Assembly: GCA_019721075.1 (NCBI GenBank)
Contig: JAHEAD010000011.1
Location: 62,001-91,986, forward strand
DNA: 29,986 nt
Source: Candidatus Sysuiplasma jiujiangense
GTDB lineage: Archaea > Thermoplasmatota > Thermoplasmata > Sysuiplasmatales > Sysuiplasmataceae
Direction of reading: 5' to 3'
Of this stretch, positions 8,595-18,618 are shown piece after piece. Made by a program: the position numbers and the translations under genes. The notes under the pieces are model-generated. The model saw only the letters and a program-made list of their open reading frames with translations, did no database searches and was not told the origin of the DNA. Position 1 is the stretch's first letter; each line of letters opens with the position of its first letter.

Positions 8595-9176
8595 CTAACT
8601 TGTCTTCAGGATGCTGAGCATCTTGTTGTACTGCTCTTCTGTAATTTCACCGCGGACAAATCTCATCTTCAGCTCAGCCACAGGATCAGAAACGGGCGCG
8701 GCGGCCACAGCCTGTCCCCTGTTCCGCGACTCGTCTATATTTTTCTGCGCCAGCTGAATTGCCTGGATGGTCAGCGGTCTAAGTTTCTTCCAGAAGGTCC
8801 AGTTCTCCACTGCCGACATGCCGTTGATGATGACATGGTCATCTATGACGCCCTGCTGCAACTCGACCGAATTCAGCTGATCCCATGTGAATGTCCTGCT
8901 CTCGAAAGACATCAGCCCTGTCGATGCGAGCATAAGTCTCCTGTTCGTGACAAGAAACCAGGGATGGCCTACCTGATCGCCTTCGTCTCCCCTGGCGGGA
9001 TTCCTGAATCCGCCGGCTACGTTTCCTCCCTGCACATGCGATGCGCCTATGCCTCTCAGGGAGAATTCTATCATTTCTCCGGGCTGCAGAACCTGCTGCA
9101 CCTTCTTCTGTACCTTCTCCGGCATAACCGTAAATTTTGAAAATTCCGGATCACTCTGGAAATTGCCTGATGTCAT
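8595..9176 (-). CDS. PH-domain plus C-terminal SHOCT-domain protein
   Basis: LQPGE.I...FLVTNRRL (bacterial PH) and LKMRFVRGEITEEQY (SHOCT). TTTAAA box about 25 nt upstream. Confidence 0.8.
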   Translation of the reverse strand: MTSGNFQSDPEFSKFTVMPEKVQKKVQQVLQPGEMIEFSLRGIGASHVQGGNVAGGFRNPARGDEGDQVGHPWFLVTNRRLMLASTGLMSFESRTFTWDQLNSVELQQGVIDDHVIINGMSAVENWTFWKKLRPLTIQAIQLAQKNIDESRNRGQAVAAAPVSDPVAELKMRFVRGEITEEQYNKMLSILKTS

Positions 9177-9397
9177 AGTATTCTGTATTTTCGACCCATT
9201 TAAAAAAGCTTACTCAACATTCCGGTCTTTGATTTTGAAGCCAGAAATGGGACTGCCGCAAACGCCCTGATATGCGAACATCCGCAGACATTCGCTCAGT
9301 AATTTTGCAGCCAGAATAACTTCCGGATTTCCATAACGCGGTTATAATCGAAACTGCCGACGGAAAACCGCCGGACCGTGCTGTCTGCACTGCTCGC

Positions 9398-10000
9398 TCA
9401 AACACACTCACTGTAGCGGAAACAGCTCCTCAGATGATCGTTGACCATGCCCGTGGCCTGCATGTGGGCATAGCAAACAGTGGGTCCGACAAACCTGAAT
9501 CCCCTTCTGTATAGGTCTGAGCTCAAGGCCTCCGATTCGACTGAATAAGAGGGCACTTCCGAAAGTTTGCGCCATCCGTTGCGTTTCTGTCTTCCGCCGA
9601 CAAATGACCAAATATAGCGGTCAAAACTGCCGAACTCCCTCTGTATGCGCAAAAATGCTGATGCGTTTCCAACCGCGGCGGCTATCTTGCTCCGATTTCT
9701 CACGATGCCGCTGTCATTCATCAGCCTGCTGACGTCCCTTTCCCGGTACCTGCTCACTGTCCCAGGATCAAAGTGGTGGAATGCCCTCCTGAAATTCTCC
9801 CTCTTCCTGAGTATGGTAAGCCAGCTGAGGCCTGCCTGGAAGCCTTCGAGCGTCAAAAACTCAAACTGCTTTCTGTCGTCATGCAGCTGCACGCCCCATT
9901 CCGTGTCATGGTACAGCATATAGAGAGGGTCTGCAAGACACCAGTCGCATCTTTGCACCGGCTGACTTGCCTTCAGGGCATCCTGCATGTTTTCAGACAT
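9398..10000 (-). CDS. tag: DNA-3-methyladenine glycosylase I
   Basis: RCDW..YHDTEWG, LEGFQAGLSWLTILRKR, FVGPT and NDHLRSC motifs. Confidence 0.96.
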   Translation of the reverse strand: MSENMQDALKASQPVQRCDWCLADPLYMLYHDTEWGVQLHDDRKQFEFLTLEGFQAGLSWLTILRKRENFRRAFHHFDPGTVSRYRERDVSRLMNDSGIVRNRSKIAAAVGNASAFLRIQREFGSFDRYIWSFVGGRQKRNGWRKLSEVPSYSVESEALSSDLYRRGFRFVGPTVCYAHMQATGMVNDHLRSCFRYSECV

Positions 10001-10083
10001 CTCCTTTGCATCCGGTTCTCCGGCATCATACGAGACGTACGGAACTGCTGCCAGGGCATTTCCTTCCTCCCGCCTGAAAGGAG

Positions 10084-11340
10084 CTACCTCCTGCGATGAT
10101 TTGGGTCGGCATAGTAGTTGAGCTGGTCTTTCACAATGTCGCCGAGGCTGTGCTTTGTTTCAAATCCGAGATCCTTTGCCCTTGTTGTGTCGGCCAGCAG
10201 TATGGGAACATCCGTCGGGCGATATCTTTCCGCGTCAAAAACAGCATTGTAACTGCCCCTGGAGGTATTGACGGTTATTCCCTTGTCTTCGATTCTGAAA
10301 GAGAGCTTGCCGTTCAGGATGCGATTATCGACCTCGAGCCCCTGCCATGTCTTTCCGAACATCGACAGTCTGACCGGTGCCGCAGGATCCTTTACCCTGA
10401 TGCGCCTGTTCATTGTCTCGATGCTGTCGATGCTCGCACCCGAAGCGACGAATGTTTGCAGCATATATGACAGTACGGAATTGGTGCGTCCTGAACCGAT
10501 ATTGTATGCCTGCCCTTTCTCTCCCTTTTCAGCCAGGAGGCGGTAACCGCTGACCATGTCATTGACATGCGACCAGTCCCTGAATGCCTCGACATTGCCT
10601 ATAGAGAGATATTTGGCCTCCTTGACCATCACGGACGAAACCTGTTTCGCTATGGACGCTGTAACAAAGTATGAACCGCGCCTTGCACCTTCATGGTTAA
10701 AGCCACGGGAAACAACATTTCTCAGGCCATAACTCTGCGCGTATTCTATTGTCATGTATTCGCCAAAAACTTTTGTAACGGCATAAGGCGAAATCGGTCT
10801 GAGGGGGTTCGTTTCCCGTATCGGGAGTTCAGGATAGTTTACCACAGGTGGAAAAATCCTGCCGTTCTTCTTTTCGAATTGCTCAACCTGTTTTCTGGAC
10901 AGTGCGACAAAACCGTATTCTTCGCTGGAGCCGGCAAAAACGAGCCTTGCTCTGTTTCCGCCTTTGAGCCTCATAGCCTCAAGCACGTTTGCAGTGCCCA
11001 GCGCGTTAGAATTGACTGCCTCAAGCGGATTGATGAAGGACCGCTGTACAAAGCTCTGTGCAGCAAGATGGAAGACGATGTCCGGGTCCGCCCTGTCGAA
11101 CGCCATCAGGAGGGATGTGAGGTCCTCTACGTTTCCTTCGACCTTCTTCACCTCATTCTGTATTCCCACCTCTGACAGTCCGCGGTTAAGGTCTCCGTCC
11201 GCACGTCGCCTGACCAGACCGAAGACCTCGTCCCCTTCATCGAGATATGACTTTGCGAGATGCGGTCCGACAAATCCGGATATGCCCGTTATCAGAACCC
11301 TTCTGCTCACTTGCGCCACCACATAATCCCCGGAAGACAC
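10084..11340 (-). CDS. gmd: GDP-mannose 4,6-dehydratase (long form)
   Basis: ITGISGFVG, HLAAQSFV, SSEEYG, SPYAVTK, FNHEG.RRG..FVT, RDWSHV and RPTDVP motifs. Confidence 0.88.
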   Translation of the reverse strand: MSSGDYVVAQVSRRVLITGISGFVGPHLAKSYLDEGDEVFGLVRRRADGDLNRGLSEVGIQNEVKKVEGNVEDLTSLLMAFDRADPDIVFHLAAQSFVQRSFINPLEAVNSNALGTANVLEAMRLKGGNRARLVFAGSSEEYGFVALSRKQVEQFEKKNGRIFPPVVNYPELPIRETNPLRPISPYAVTKVFGEYMTIEYAQSYGLRNVVSRGFNHEGARRGSYFVTASIAKQVSSVMVKEAKYLSIGNVEAFRDWSHVNDMVSGYRLLAEKGEKGQAYNIGSGRTNSVLSYMLQTFVASGASIDSIETMNRRIRVKDPAAPVRLSMFGKTWQGLEVDNRILNGKLSFRIEDKGITVNTSRGSYNAVFDAERYRPTDVPILLADTTRAKDLGFETKHSLGDIVKDQLNYYADPNHRRR

Positions 11341-11409
11341 ATCTCATTTGAAATAACTTGCCTTCGGAAAAAGTGTTCAGTTTGATTCCTTGCCTGTCCA
11401 GAACCTGCG

Positions 11410-12402
11410 TCAAACGAACGAATACGCATCCCCGAGTGGTTTCCACCACCAGCTGTTACCCACATACCACTTCACTGTTTCTGAGAGGGCCTGATCGAAG
11501 GTAAGCGAGGGTTTCCATCCCAGCTCCTTTCTGAGTTTGGTGTCGTCGAGCGCATAACGCCTGTCGTGTCCGGGCCTGTCGCGGATGTACTCTATCCTGT
11601 CTTCGCCGTATCCCATAATCGAAAGCAGCTTCCTCGTGAGTTCTATATTCGAAAGTTCATTCCTCCCGGAGACCAGATAAGTCCCGCCTTCCTTTCCCTT
11701 CCTGACAATTGCGTCAATGGCAGAACAGTGGTCGCTGACATGTATCCAGTCCCGGACATTCAGGCCGTCTCCGTAAACCGGCACTTTTTTGCCGGCGAGA
11801 AGCATCGTTATGAAACGCGGAATTATCTTCTCCGGGTGCTGGAAAGGACCGAAGTTGTTTCCGCAATTTGAAATGGTTGCCTTCAGGCCGAATGTCTCGG
11901 CGTATGCCCTGACCAGATGGTCTGAGGATGCTTTGCTTGCGGCGTAGGGACTCCGCGGGTTGTAGCAGGTCTTCTCGGTGAATTTGGTTGCTGAGTTGAG
12001 CGGCAGCGAGCCGAACACCTCATCTGTGGAAACGTGATGGAATCTGCCGACGTCAAATTTCCTCGCCGCTTCCAGCATGGTGAGCGTCCCGTTTACGTTT
12101 GTCCTGATGAAATCGTCCGGGGCGTCAATTGACCTGTCCACGTGCGATTCCGCTGCCAGATGGATGACCGCATCGGCATCCTTCAGCGCAGCAGCCACGT
12201 CCTCCCTGCTGCATATATCACCCTTCCGGAATTCCACCTTTCCCTGATCAATCAGCGGCCTGATGGATTCAATGTGGCCGGCATATGTGAGCTTGTCAAG
12301 GCACACTATGTTGTCCCCGGGATACTTCAGGCTCCAGTAGTGCAGGAGGTTTGAGCCGATGAAGCCTGCACCTCCTGTAACAAGCAGCTTCATCGGAGGC
12401 AC
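11410..12402 (-). CDS. rfbB: dTDP-glucose 4,6-dehydratase
   Basis: VTGGAGFIGS, LAAESHVDRSI, STDEVFG, SPYAASK and DRPGHDRRY motifs. Confidence 0.97.
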   Translation of the reverse strand: MPPMKLLVTGGAGFIGSNLLHYWSLKYPGDNIVCLDKLTYAGHIESIRPLIDQGKVEFRKGDICSREDVAAALKDADAVIHLAAESHVDRSIDAPDDFIRTNVNGTLTMLEAARKFDVGRFHHVSTDEVFGSLPLNSATKFTEKTCYNPRSPYAASKASSDHLVRAYAETFGLKATISNCGNNFGPFQHPEKIIPRFITMLLAGKKVPVYGDGLNVRDWIHVSDHCSAIDAIVRKGKEGGTYLVSGRNELSNIELTRKLLSIMGYGEDRIEYIRDRPGHDRRYALDDTKLRKELGWKPSLTFDQALSETVKWYVGNSWWWKPLGDAYSFV

Positions 12403-12481
12403 CTATCTACTAAGTGATATTTATCAGGGATTGATTATCCTGTCCACAGGAGAAGGCAGTTTCAAATATGTGCCGTGAAGG

Positions 12482-13009
12482 ATGCGTGATGCCGTGTTAG
12501 ATGGTATTGAAGTCATAGACCTGAGGAAAAACGCTGATGAAAGAGGCTCATTTACCGAAATAATGAGGGAAGACTGGAACGACTTTCTGCATGGTGAAAG
12601 ACCTGTCCAGTCGAACCTGTCCATTTCCTATCCTGGAATGATCAGGGCATGGCACAGGCATACGAGAGGGCAGTATGACATTTTCGTTGTGCTGAAGGGA
12701 GCGCTCAAAATATGCGCCTACAACGACGTTGAGGAAAAGAATATGGGAGAGCTCGTGGAAATAGTGGCGAGCGGCGAAAGACTCCAGGCAGTGAAGATAA
12801 ACGGAAAGTACTGGCACGGAACGAAATGCGTAAGCCCTGTTCCGGCGGAGACCGTCTATTACGTTACGAGGCTCTACGACAGGGAAAGGCCCGATGAGCT
12901 CCGCAGGGCATGGAATGACCCTGCAATATTGCCGAAATCGATTAACGGAAATGTGCATGACCCGCGTGCCGGCAGGACCTGGGACTGGAACTCTCCCCCA
13001 CATAAGTGA
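12482..13009 (+). CDS. rfbC: dTDP-4-dehydrorhamnose 3,5-epimerase
   Basis: DERGSFTE, Q.N.S.SYPG.IRAWH.H and WHG cupin motifs; rml cluster context. Confidence 0.92.
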   Translation: MRDAVLDGIEVIDLRKNADERGSFTEIMREDWNDFLHGERPVQSNLSISYPGMIRAWHRHTRGQYDIFVVLKGALKICAYNDVEEKNMGELVEIVASGERLQAVKINGKYWHGTKCVSPVPAETVYYVTRLYDRERPDELRRAWNDPAILPKSINGNVHDPRAGRTWDWNSPPHK

Positions 13010-13015
13010 AAAAGC

Positions 13016-13882
13016 ATGTCTTCGGACTACCTGGTCCTCGGGGGAAGCGGATTTGTCGGCAGCGAACTGGTCGGTCATTTTTCCTGTCCGGGCACGAGTT
13101 TTTCAGGCAGAGAAGGATTTATCAGATGCGACGCAACAGACACGAAGGACATCAGGAAGGTGCTCGATGACCTCCGGCCGGGTTTTATAATCAACTCGGT
13201 CGGACTGGCCGATGTCGACATGGCAGAAACGAATCCCGGCCTGGCAGCCCTGCTCAACGAGGAAACCGTAAAGAACATCATGGCACTGAAAAAAACATTC
13301 AAATTCAAATTTTTGCACATCTCGACGGACTACGTCTTCGACGGCACAAAGGGAAATTACAGCGAGAATGACAGAACGAATCCAGTCAATGTCTACGGCA
13401 TTACAAAACTCGCCGGCGAGCAGAGGGCGCTGGAAGACAGCGATTCTATCATCGCCAGAATTTCAACCCCGTTCGGCAGGGGGCAGGGCAGCACAAAGAA
13501 ACAGTTTTTCCGTTTCGTCTATGAACGGCTGAAGGAGGGTAAAGAAGTAAATGCCGTCAACGATCAGTTTGTTACTTCCACTTACCTGCCTGATCTCGCA
13601 AATGCGGCTGATAGATTATTTGAAAGAGATGCCAGCGGCATATTCCATATCGGCGGCCCTGACCGTCTGAGCAGGTACGAATTTGCGCGCGAGGTGGCAG
13701 AAACAGCAGGTTTCGACGGCGATCTGGTGAAACCCATTTCGTCTGAAGAGATGAAGCAATGGAAGGCGAGGAGACCGCGCGATACCTCTCTTTCCCTGGA
13801 AAAATCTCTTGCCTTCGGCCTGAAATACACACGGACTGCTGATGCTCTGAAGGAACTCATTTCGCCGGGTGGCCGCCGGTAA
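13016..13882 (+). CDS. rfbD: dTDP-4-dehydrorhamnose reductase
   Basis: GGSGFVG, HISTDYVFDG, P.N.YG.TKLAGE and ARRP motifs. Confidence 0.95.
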   Translation: MSSDYLVLGGSGFVGSELVGHFSCPGTSFSGREGFIRCDATDTKDIRKVLDDLRPGFIINSVGLADVDMAETNPGLAALLNEETVKNIMALKKTFKFKFLHISTDYVFDGTKGNYSENDRTNPVNVYGITKLAGEQRALEDSDSIIARISTPFGRGQGSTKKQFFRFVYERLKEGKEVNAVNDQFVTSTYLPDLANAADRLFERDASGIFHIGGPDRLSRYEFAREVAETAGFDGDLVKPISSEEMKQWKARRPRDTSLSLEKSLAFGLKYTRTADALKELISPGGRR

Positions 13883-13938
13883 ATATGGAAATGACGGACC
13901 TAGAAGTGTTTTTTTAGAACATTGGTGTTCCTCGGTCG

Positions 13939-15006
13939 ATGAAAGGCGTTCTTCTGCATGGCGGAAGCGGAACCCGTCTCAGGCCAATTACGCACACCGA
14001 GGTCAAGCAGTTGCTGCCGGTCGCAGGAAAACCTGTGAGCCAGTATGCGCTTGAAGACATGGTTGCGGCCGGAATAAGCGAGATAAACATAATAGTGGGG
14101 AGCGTTGGCGCGGATGCCGTGAAGCGCCATTACGGTGACGGCTCACAGTGGAACATCTCCATCACATACACATATCAGCCGGAACCGCTGGGCATTGCGC
14201 ATGCAGTCGGCCTGACAGAGCGTTTCGTCGGGAACGAGCCGTTCGTCGTGTATCTTGGCGATAACATACTGCACAGCGGAATCGCGAAGCTGAGGGAATC
14301 GTTCGACGGCGGGCATTTTGATGCGCTTGTCGCCCTGTGCCGTGTCGCGAGGCCGGAGAGCTATGGAGTTGCTGAAATCGAAAATGGAAGAATTGCCAGA
14401 CTTGTTGAGAAACCAAAAAATCCGAAATCGGATCTGGCGCTAGTCGGGGTCTATTTTTTCAGAAAGTCCATATTCGACATGATACGGACATTGAAACCTT
14501 CGAAGAGAGGAGAGCTGGAAATTACCGAGGCGCTGCAGGCTCTTATAGACGGCGGGCATCCCGTCGGGTATCATGAAATAAAGGGGTGGTGGAAGGATAC
14601 GGGAACAATGGAGGAGATACTTGACGCGAACCGGCTGGTCCTCGACGACATACAGAGACAGGTAGACAGTGATACACACGCGCAGAACCTCATCGGCCGC
14701 GTCAGAATTATGAAAGGCTCATCGGTTGACGATAAATCTGTTGTCAAGGGTCCCTGCCATATCGGCGCCAACACGAGGATAGTCTCTTCGATAATCGGAC
14801 CCAATACAAGCATTGGAAACAACTGCATTATCGAAGGCGTTGAGATAGAGGACTCCATCGTCATGGACGATTGCAGGATCGATGGCAAGGACAGCGTTCG
14901 CCTCTACGAGAGCATAATCGGCGCGTCCTGCACTATAACAAGGAACGACGGCATCAAGAAGGCTTCCAGGATGATTGTCGGAAGAGATTCAAACATAATG
15001 CTGTGA
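13939..15006 (+). CDS. rfbA: Glucose-1-phosphate thymidylyltransferase (long form with C-terminal beta-helix)
   Basis: GGSGTRLRPITHT..KQL.PVA.KP, YLGDN, EKP, RGELEIT and WWKDTG motifs. Confidence 0.95.
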   Translation: MKGVLLHGGSGTRLRPITHTEVKQLLPVAGKPVSQYALEDMVAAGISEINIIVGSVGADAVKRHYGDGSQWNISITYTYQPEPLGIAHAVGLTERFVGNEPFVVYLGDNILHSGIAKLRESFDGGHFDALVALCRVARPESYGVAEIENGRIARLVEKPKNPKSDLALVGVYFFRKSIFDMIRTLKPSKRGELEITEALQALIDGGHPVGYHEIKGWWKDTGTMEEILDANRLVLDDIQRQVDSDTHAQNLIGRVRIMKGSSVDDKSVVKGPCHIGANTRIVSSIIGPNTSIGNNCIIEGVEIEDSIVMDDCRIDGKDSVRLYESIIGASCTITRNDGIKKASRMIVGRDSNIML

Positions 15007-15099
15007 ACGGGAGCGTAAGCACTTCAGAAGTGCAATACTGAGAGAAGGTACAGGCAGACAGAAACAGCTGCGGAGTGCACCTGCGGCCCGTCTTCCCCG

Positions 15100-16314
15100 T
15101 CATCCCTGTCTCCTGAAAAAGAAGTAATAGAGCACAGGATCGAAGATTGATATCAGCCCGGCGGATGCAAAAGCAAGCGCGGAAATGCCTATTGCGAAAA
15201 GAACGCCGCTGAGACTCGCTGCGATGCCGAACGGTATCCGGCGTGCAATGCCTGTGATTCCTGCGCCTCTCGCCCTCTCCGAAGGATGAAAAAGCTGCAT
15301 CGAAAAGCTCTGCCTGAGCGGTATGGTCATGCTGTAGAGACCTGTACGCACAACAAACAGTGCCGCGGCTGCCGCAATCGAGCCGGAAAACGGTATGGCA
15401 ATGAGCAGAACGGAACTCAGTCCGCGGAAAAACGTTATGCCCCTTATTCTTCCGACAGAGCCCTCCACGCGCGTCGCAAGGAGAACCGCGAGAGCCGTGC
15501 CAAGATAGGAGAGCGAGTAGATGACAGATATCTGCCCGTCGGTGGCATGCATTATGTCGCTGAACCATATCGGGATGAAAGGCATTATCAGTCCCAGCCC
15601 TACACTTCCAAACAGACCGGACAGTGCGATGCGCCCTATGCCATGAGCAGATTTAACAGGAACAACAGCCGATCCCTTCTCTGCCGGTTTATCGCTGAAC
15701 TTCATAAGAAAAATGAACAGGAAGCTTGTTATAGAGAAGACGAGACCGGTAAGAAAGAGTATTCTGAAGTACTCCTGGCGGAATGTAAATGCGGAGACCG
15801 CCGTTGAGAACAACGATCCCGCAAGCGCCGCAAACACGGCACCGGACATGAGAAGGCCAAAGGATCGTGTCCTGCTTTCATCGGTTGTGAGATCCGCAAG
15901 AAGTGATGTCTGGAGCGGTGCAATGGGACCGCCGCCCGAACCGCCGCCTATCCCGCCTGTAAAACTGACTCCAAGGAGTGAAGTTATGAAAATATCCGGT
16001 ATGCTGCGCAGCGTGAGCAGCAGTAGCATCATTGCAGGGAAGAGCAGGGACAGCAGTATGAGCATCCTCCGTCTTCCGTAGAAGTCCCCGAGGAAACCGC
16101 TCACTGTGGACAGCGCTGCGCTGGCAATAGTCGCAACGAGAGCGTAAATGCCGATGTCGATGTATGACATTCCGATGAAGCGCAGATAAAGCGGAAGGAC
16201 GAAACTCACATAACCGAATGCGAAACTCCTGGATATCCTGTAGCCCAGAAGCATTCTTATGAAATGGGTATTGCTGCCTGCACCGGCATTGTCAAAATGC
16301 AATGCGCTTTCCAT
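15100..16314 (-). CDS. MFS transporter
   Basis: GFLGDFYGRRR (motif A) and about 12 TM helices. Confidence 0.92.
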   Translation of the reverse strand: MESALHFDNAGAGSNTHFIRMLLGYRISRSFAFGYVSFVLPLYLRFIGMSYIDIGIYALVATIASAALSTVSGFLGDFYGRRRMLILLSLLFPAMMLLLLTLRSIPDIFITSLLGVSFTGGIGGGSGGGPIAPLQTSLLADLTTDESRTRSFGLLMSGAVFAALAGSLFSTAVSAFTFRQEYFRILFLTGLVFSITSFLFIFLMKFSDKPAEKGSAVVPVKSAHGIGRIALSGLFGSVGLGLIMPFIPIWFSDIMHATDGQISVIYSLSYLGTALAVLLATRVEGSVGRIRGITFFRGLSSVLLIAIPFSGSIAAAAALFVVRTGLYSMTIPLRQSFSMQLFHPSERARGAGITGIARRIPFGIAASLSGVLFAIGISALAFASAGLISIFDPVLYYFFFRRQG

Positions 16315-17017
16315 TTAAATCACTTCAGTACTGGTCCTGTTTTAATGCGCGGCGGACAATTCCAAGACCGCTCTTTGTTTTAATAGTTTGAGATCCGCAT
16401 TGAATTTATTTGGAAACATGGAAATGTGGATTGAAGCCGCCGGGCTGAGCAATGATTTAATCTCCCTCCGGCCGAAGACAGGATGAAAAATCCAGAGCAA
16501 CGATCATTTGCTCGAACGGATATCCGCCGGATATCAGGCACAGCATGTCTCAAATGCAACGAGAAAAGTCAGCAGAAGAATCGATTATTGATCGGGAGAC
16601 AGTTTGTTTTGCCTGACTGCTGCCGGATCAAATCCATGGCAGATATCGGTATGCGTTAATTTCGGACAGGGCAGCTTCGGCGGGTCTTTTCAAGTGGGGA
16701 AGATTGAAAGAGAGTTGCGCAACTAATCCCTGGAAGGGCAGTCAATATTGTTCGCAAATATCCATTCTTCGTCCAGTTTGCCGGCATTCATTACGCATCA
16801 TGCATAACAGGTCGCTTGGGTTGAAGGCCAGATGCTGTGGATGCCATCAGATCTGAACAATACGGCAGAATATAACGGTCCACTGTGGTTTTAACTGTTC
16901 TGTGGCACAGAAATAACGATGGATACTGGTAGCAGCATAATTGCTTCGTTCCGTAATACAAACTCGGCTTAAAAATGAATTAAATACTTCCTTTGAGATG
17001 TACGGTCGGGGAAAATA

Positions 17018-18265
17018 ATGGGTCGTAAATTGATCTCTGCACTTACAGTGCTGATTTTTGTAATGATGGCTGCAATACCGCTGGTTGCAACCCAGCAGAA
17101 CACCGCAATGAACGGAGAAACCATAATGCACACATTCATAACAGGTGTTTCCTCGGGAAACGGAAAAGGACCGAGTGGCGGTCCGGGCGGCCCAGGGTCT
17201 TCCGGGCCTTCATCATATCCTGCATATACACCAGGACAGATATTCTTCGCCTACAACTACAGTGCAAAATACCGCGGGAACAGAGAGACGATTGCGATTA
17301 TAGATGCATATGGGAGCCCGTCCATACAGAACGATGTGAATGTATTCGATTCCCAGTTTAGCCTTCCATCCATCAGCCTCACAATCCTTACACCATTCGG
17401 CAAGGTAGGAAGAAACTCAGGATGGGCACTCGAGACATCACTCGATGTGGAATGGTCGCATGCGATGGCGCCAAACGCAAGCATTCTGCTGATAGAGACA
17501 CCTTCCGCATCATCAACCTACCTCATAACCGATTCCGTCAACTACGTAGTGAACCATACAAGCGCCAATGTCGTTTCTATGTCATGGGGAACAGCCGAGA
17601 GCGGTCTAACAGCCTCAGAACTGGCGCAGTACTCGTCCACATTTGCCTATGCCGAAAATCATGGGCTCATACTTGTCGCTGCATCCGGAGACAGCGGTGC
17701 GAATGACGGCACCTCTTCTCCGACGGTAAACTATCCGGCTTCCGATCCGAGCGTTGTCGGGGCGGGCGGAACCACTCTGAATCTTACAGATATAACTTCC
17801 ACAAGCGCAACGTACTCATACGAATATGCGTGGAATTCCTCCGGCGGCGGCGTTAGCTCCTACTTCCCTCTGCCGTCATACCAATCAGCTGCTGGGATAA
17901 AGGCTTCCGGAAGGGGCGTTCCTGATGTATCTTACGATGCCAATCCGAACACAGGCTTCTGGATATACGACAGCACTACCTATGAAGGACTGAAAGGATG
18001 GATACAGGTTGGAGGGACAAGCGCTTCTTCGCCGCAATGGGCTGCAATCTTTGCAGAAGCGCAGCAAGCACTGGGAACCACATCCTTCAATGGCGCATAT
18101 GTCCATCAGGATCTCTATTCTGTTTACAGCAGCTCAACTGAATATGCGGCTGCATTCCATGACATAACCATTGGGTACAACGGATATTACTATGCCGGAC
18201 AGGGATATGATGAAGTAACGGGAATAGGGTCTCCAAATGTCGGTGCACTCATAGAATATCTGTAA
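17018..18265 (+). CDS. Secreted S53 (sedolisin/kumamolisin-like) serine-carboxyl peptidase
   Basis: Signal peptide, ETSLD (ExxxD), SGDSG, RGVPDVS, GGTSASSP and a Ca-site GYDEVTGIGSP. TTAAATA box at about 16980. Confidence 0.93.
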   Translation: MGRKLISALTVLIFVMMAAIPLVATQQNTAMNGETIMHTFITGVSSGNGKGPSGGPGGPGSSGPSSYPAYTPGQIFFAYNYSAKYRGNRETIAIIDAYGSPSIQNDVNVFDSQFSLPSISLTILTPFGKVGRNSGWALETSLDVEWSHAMAPNASILLIETPSASSTYLITDSVNYVVNHTSANVVSMSWGTAESGLTASELAQYSSTFAYAENHGLILVAASGDSGANDGTSSPTVNYPASDPSVVGAGGTTLNLTDITSTSATYSYEYAWNSSGGGVSSYFPLPSYQSAAGIKASGRGVPDVSYDANPNTGFWIYDSTTYEGLKGWIQVGGTSASSPQWAAIFAEAQQALGTTSFNGAYVHQDLYSVYSSSTEYAAAFHDITIGYNGYYYAGQGYDEVTGIGSPNVGALIEYL

Positions 18266-18618
18266 GCTGACTTGAAACTGAATTTCCTGATAAACCATTT
18301 CCGCCATATTTTTCATTTCGCACTACGGCAATTAGCCTAACAATTATCCTAAAGATCTAAACGTTTCTTCAGTGCAGTTGCATCTTCAAATTCCAGGTCA
18401 ACAGTTAAGATTTGAACCGGCAAAAACAGCTTCCGCTCAACCGCCCCAAAGACAGAACGGACAGAACGCAACGTGACGGTGTCGGAAAACACTTTCAGTG
18501 TAGACACGCGTTCCGGGCACCTTTGTTCCCTTATCCACATCCGTCACATCACAAGTGAATTCGCAATTTTGACTCACAGGAATCAAATAACTCTAAATTC
18601 GAATACATACTGACGGTA

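Noticed and set aside
18451..18468. Tandem GACAGAACG x2 and the 63-aa ORF 18349-18540
   Set aside because: Only two short copies, and the ORF has no recognisable motif.
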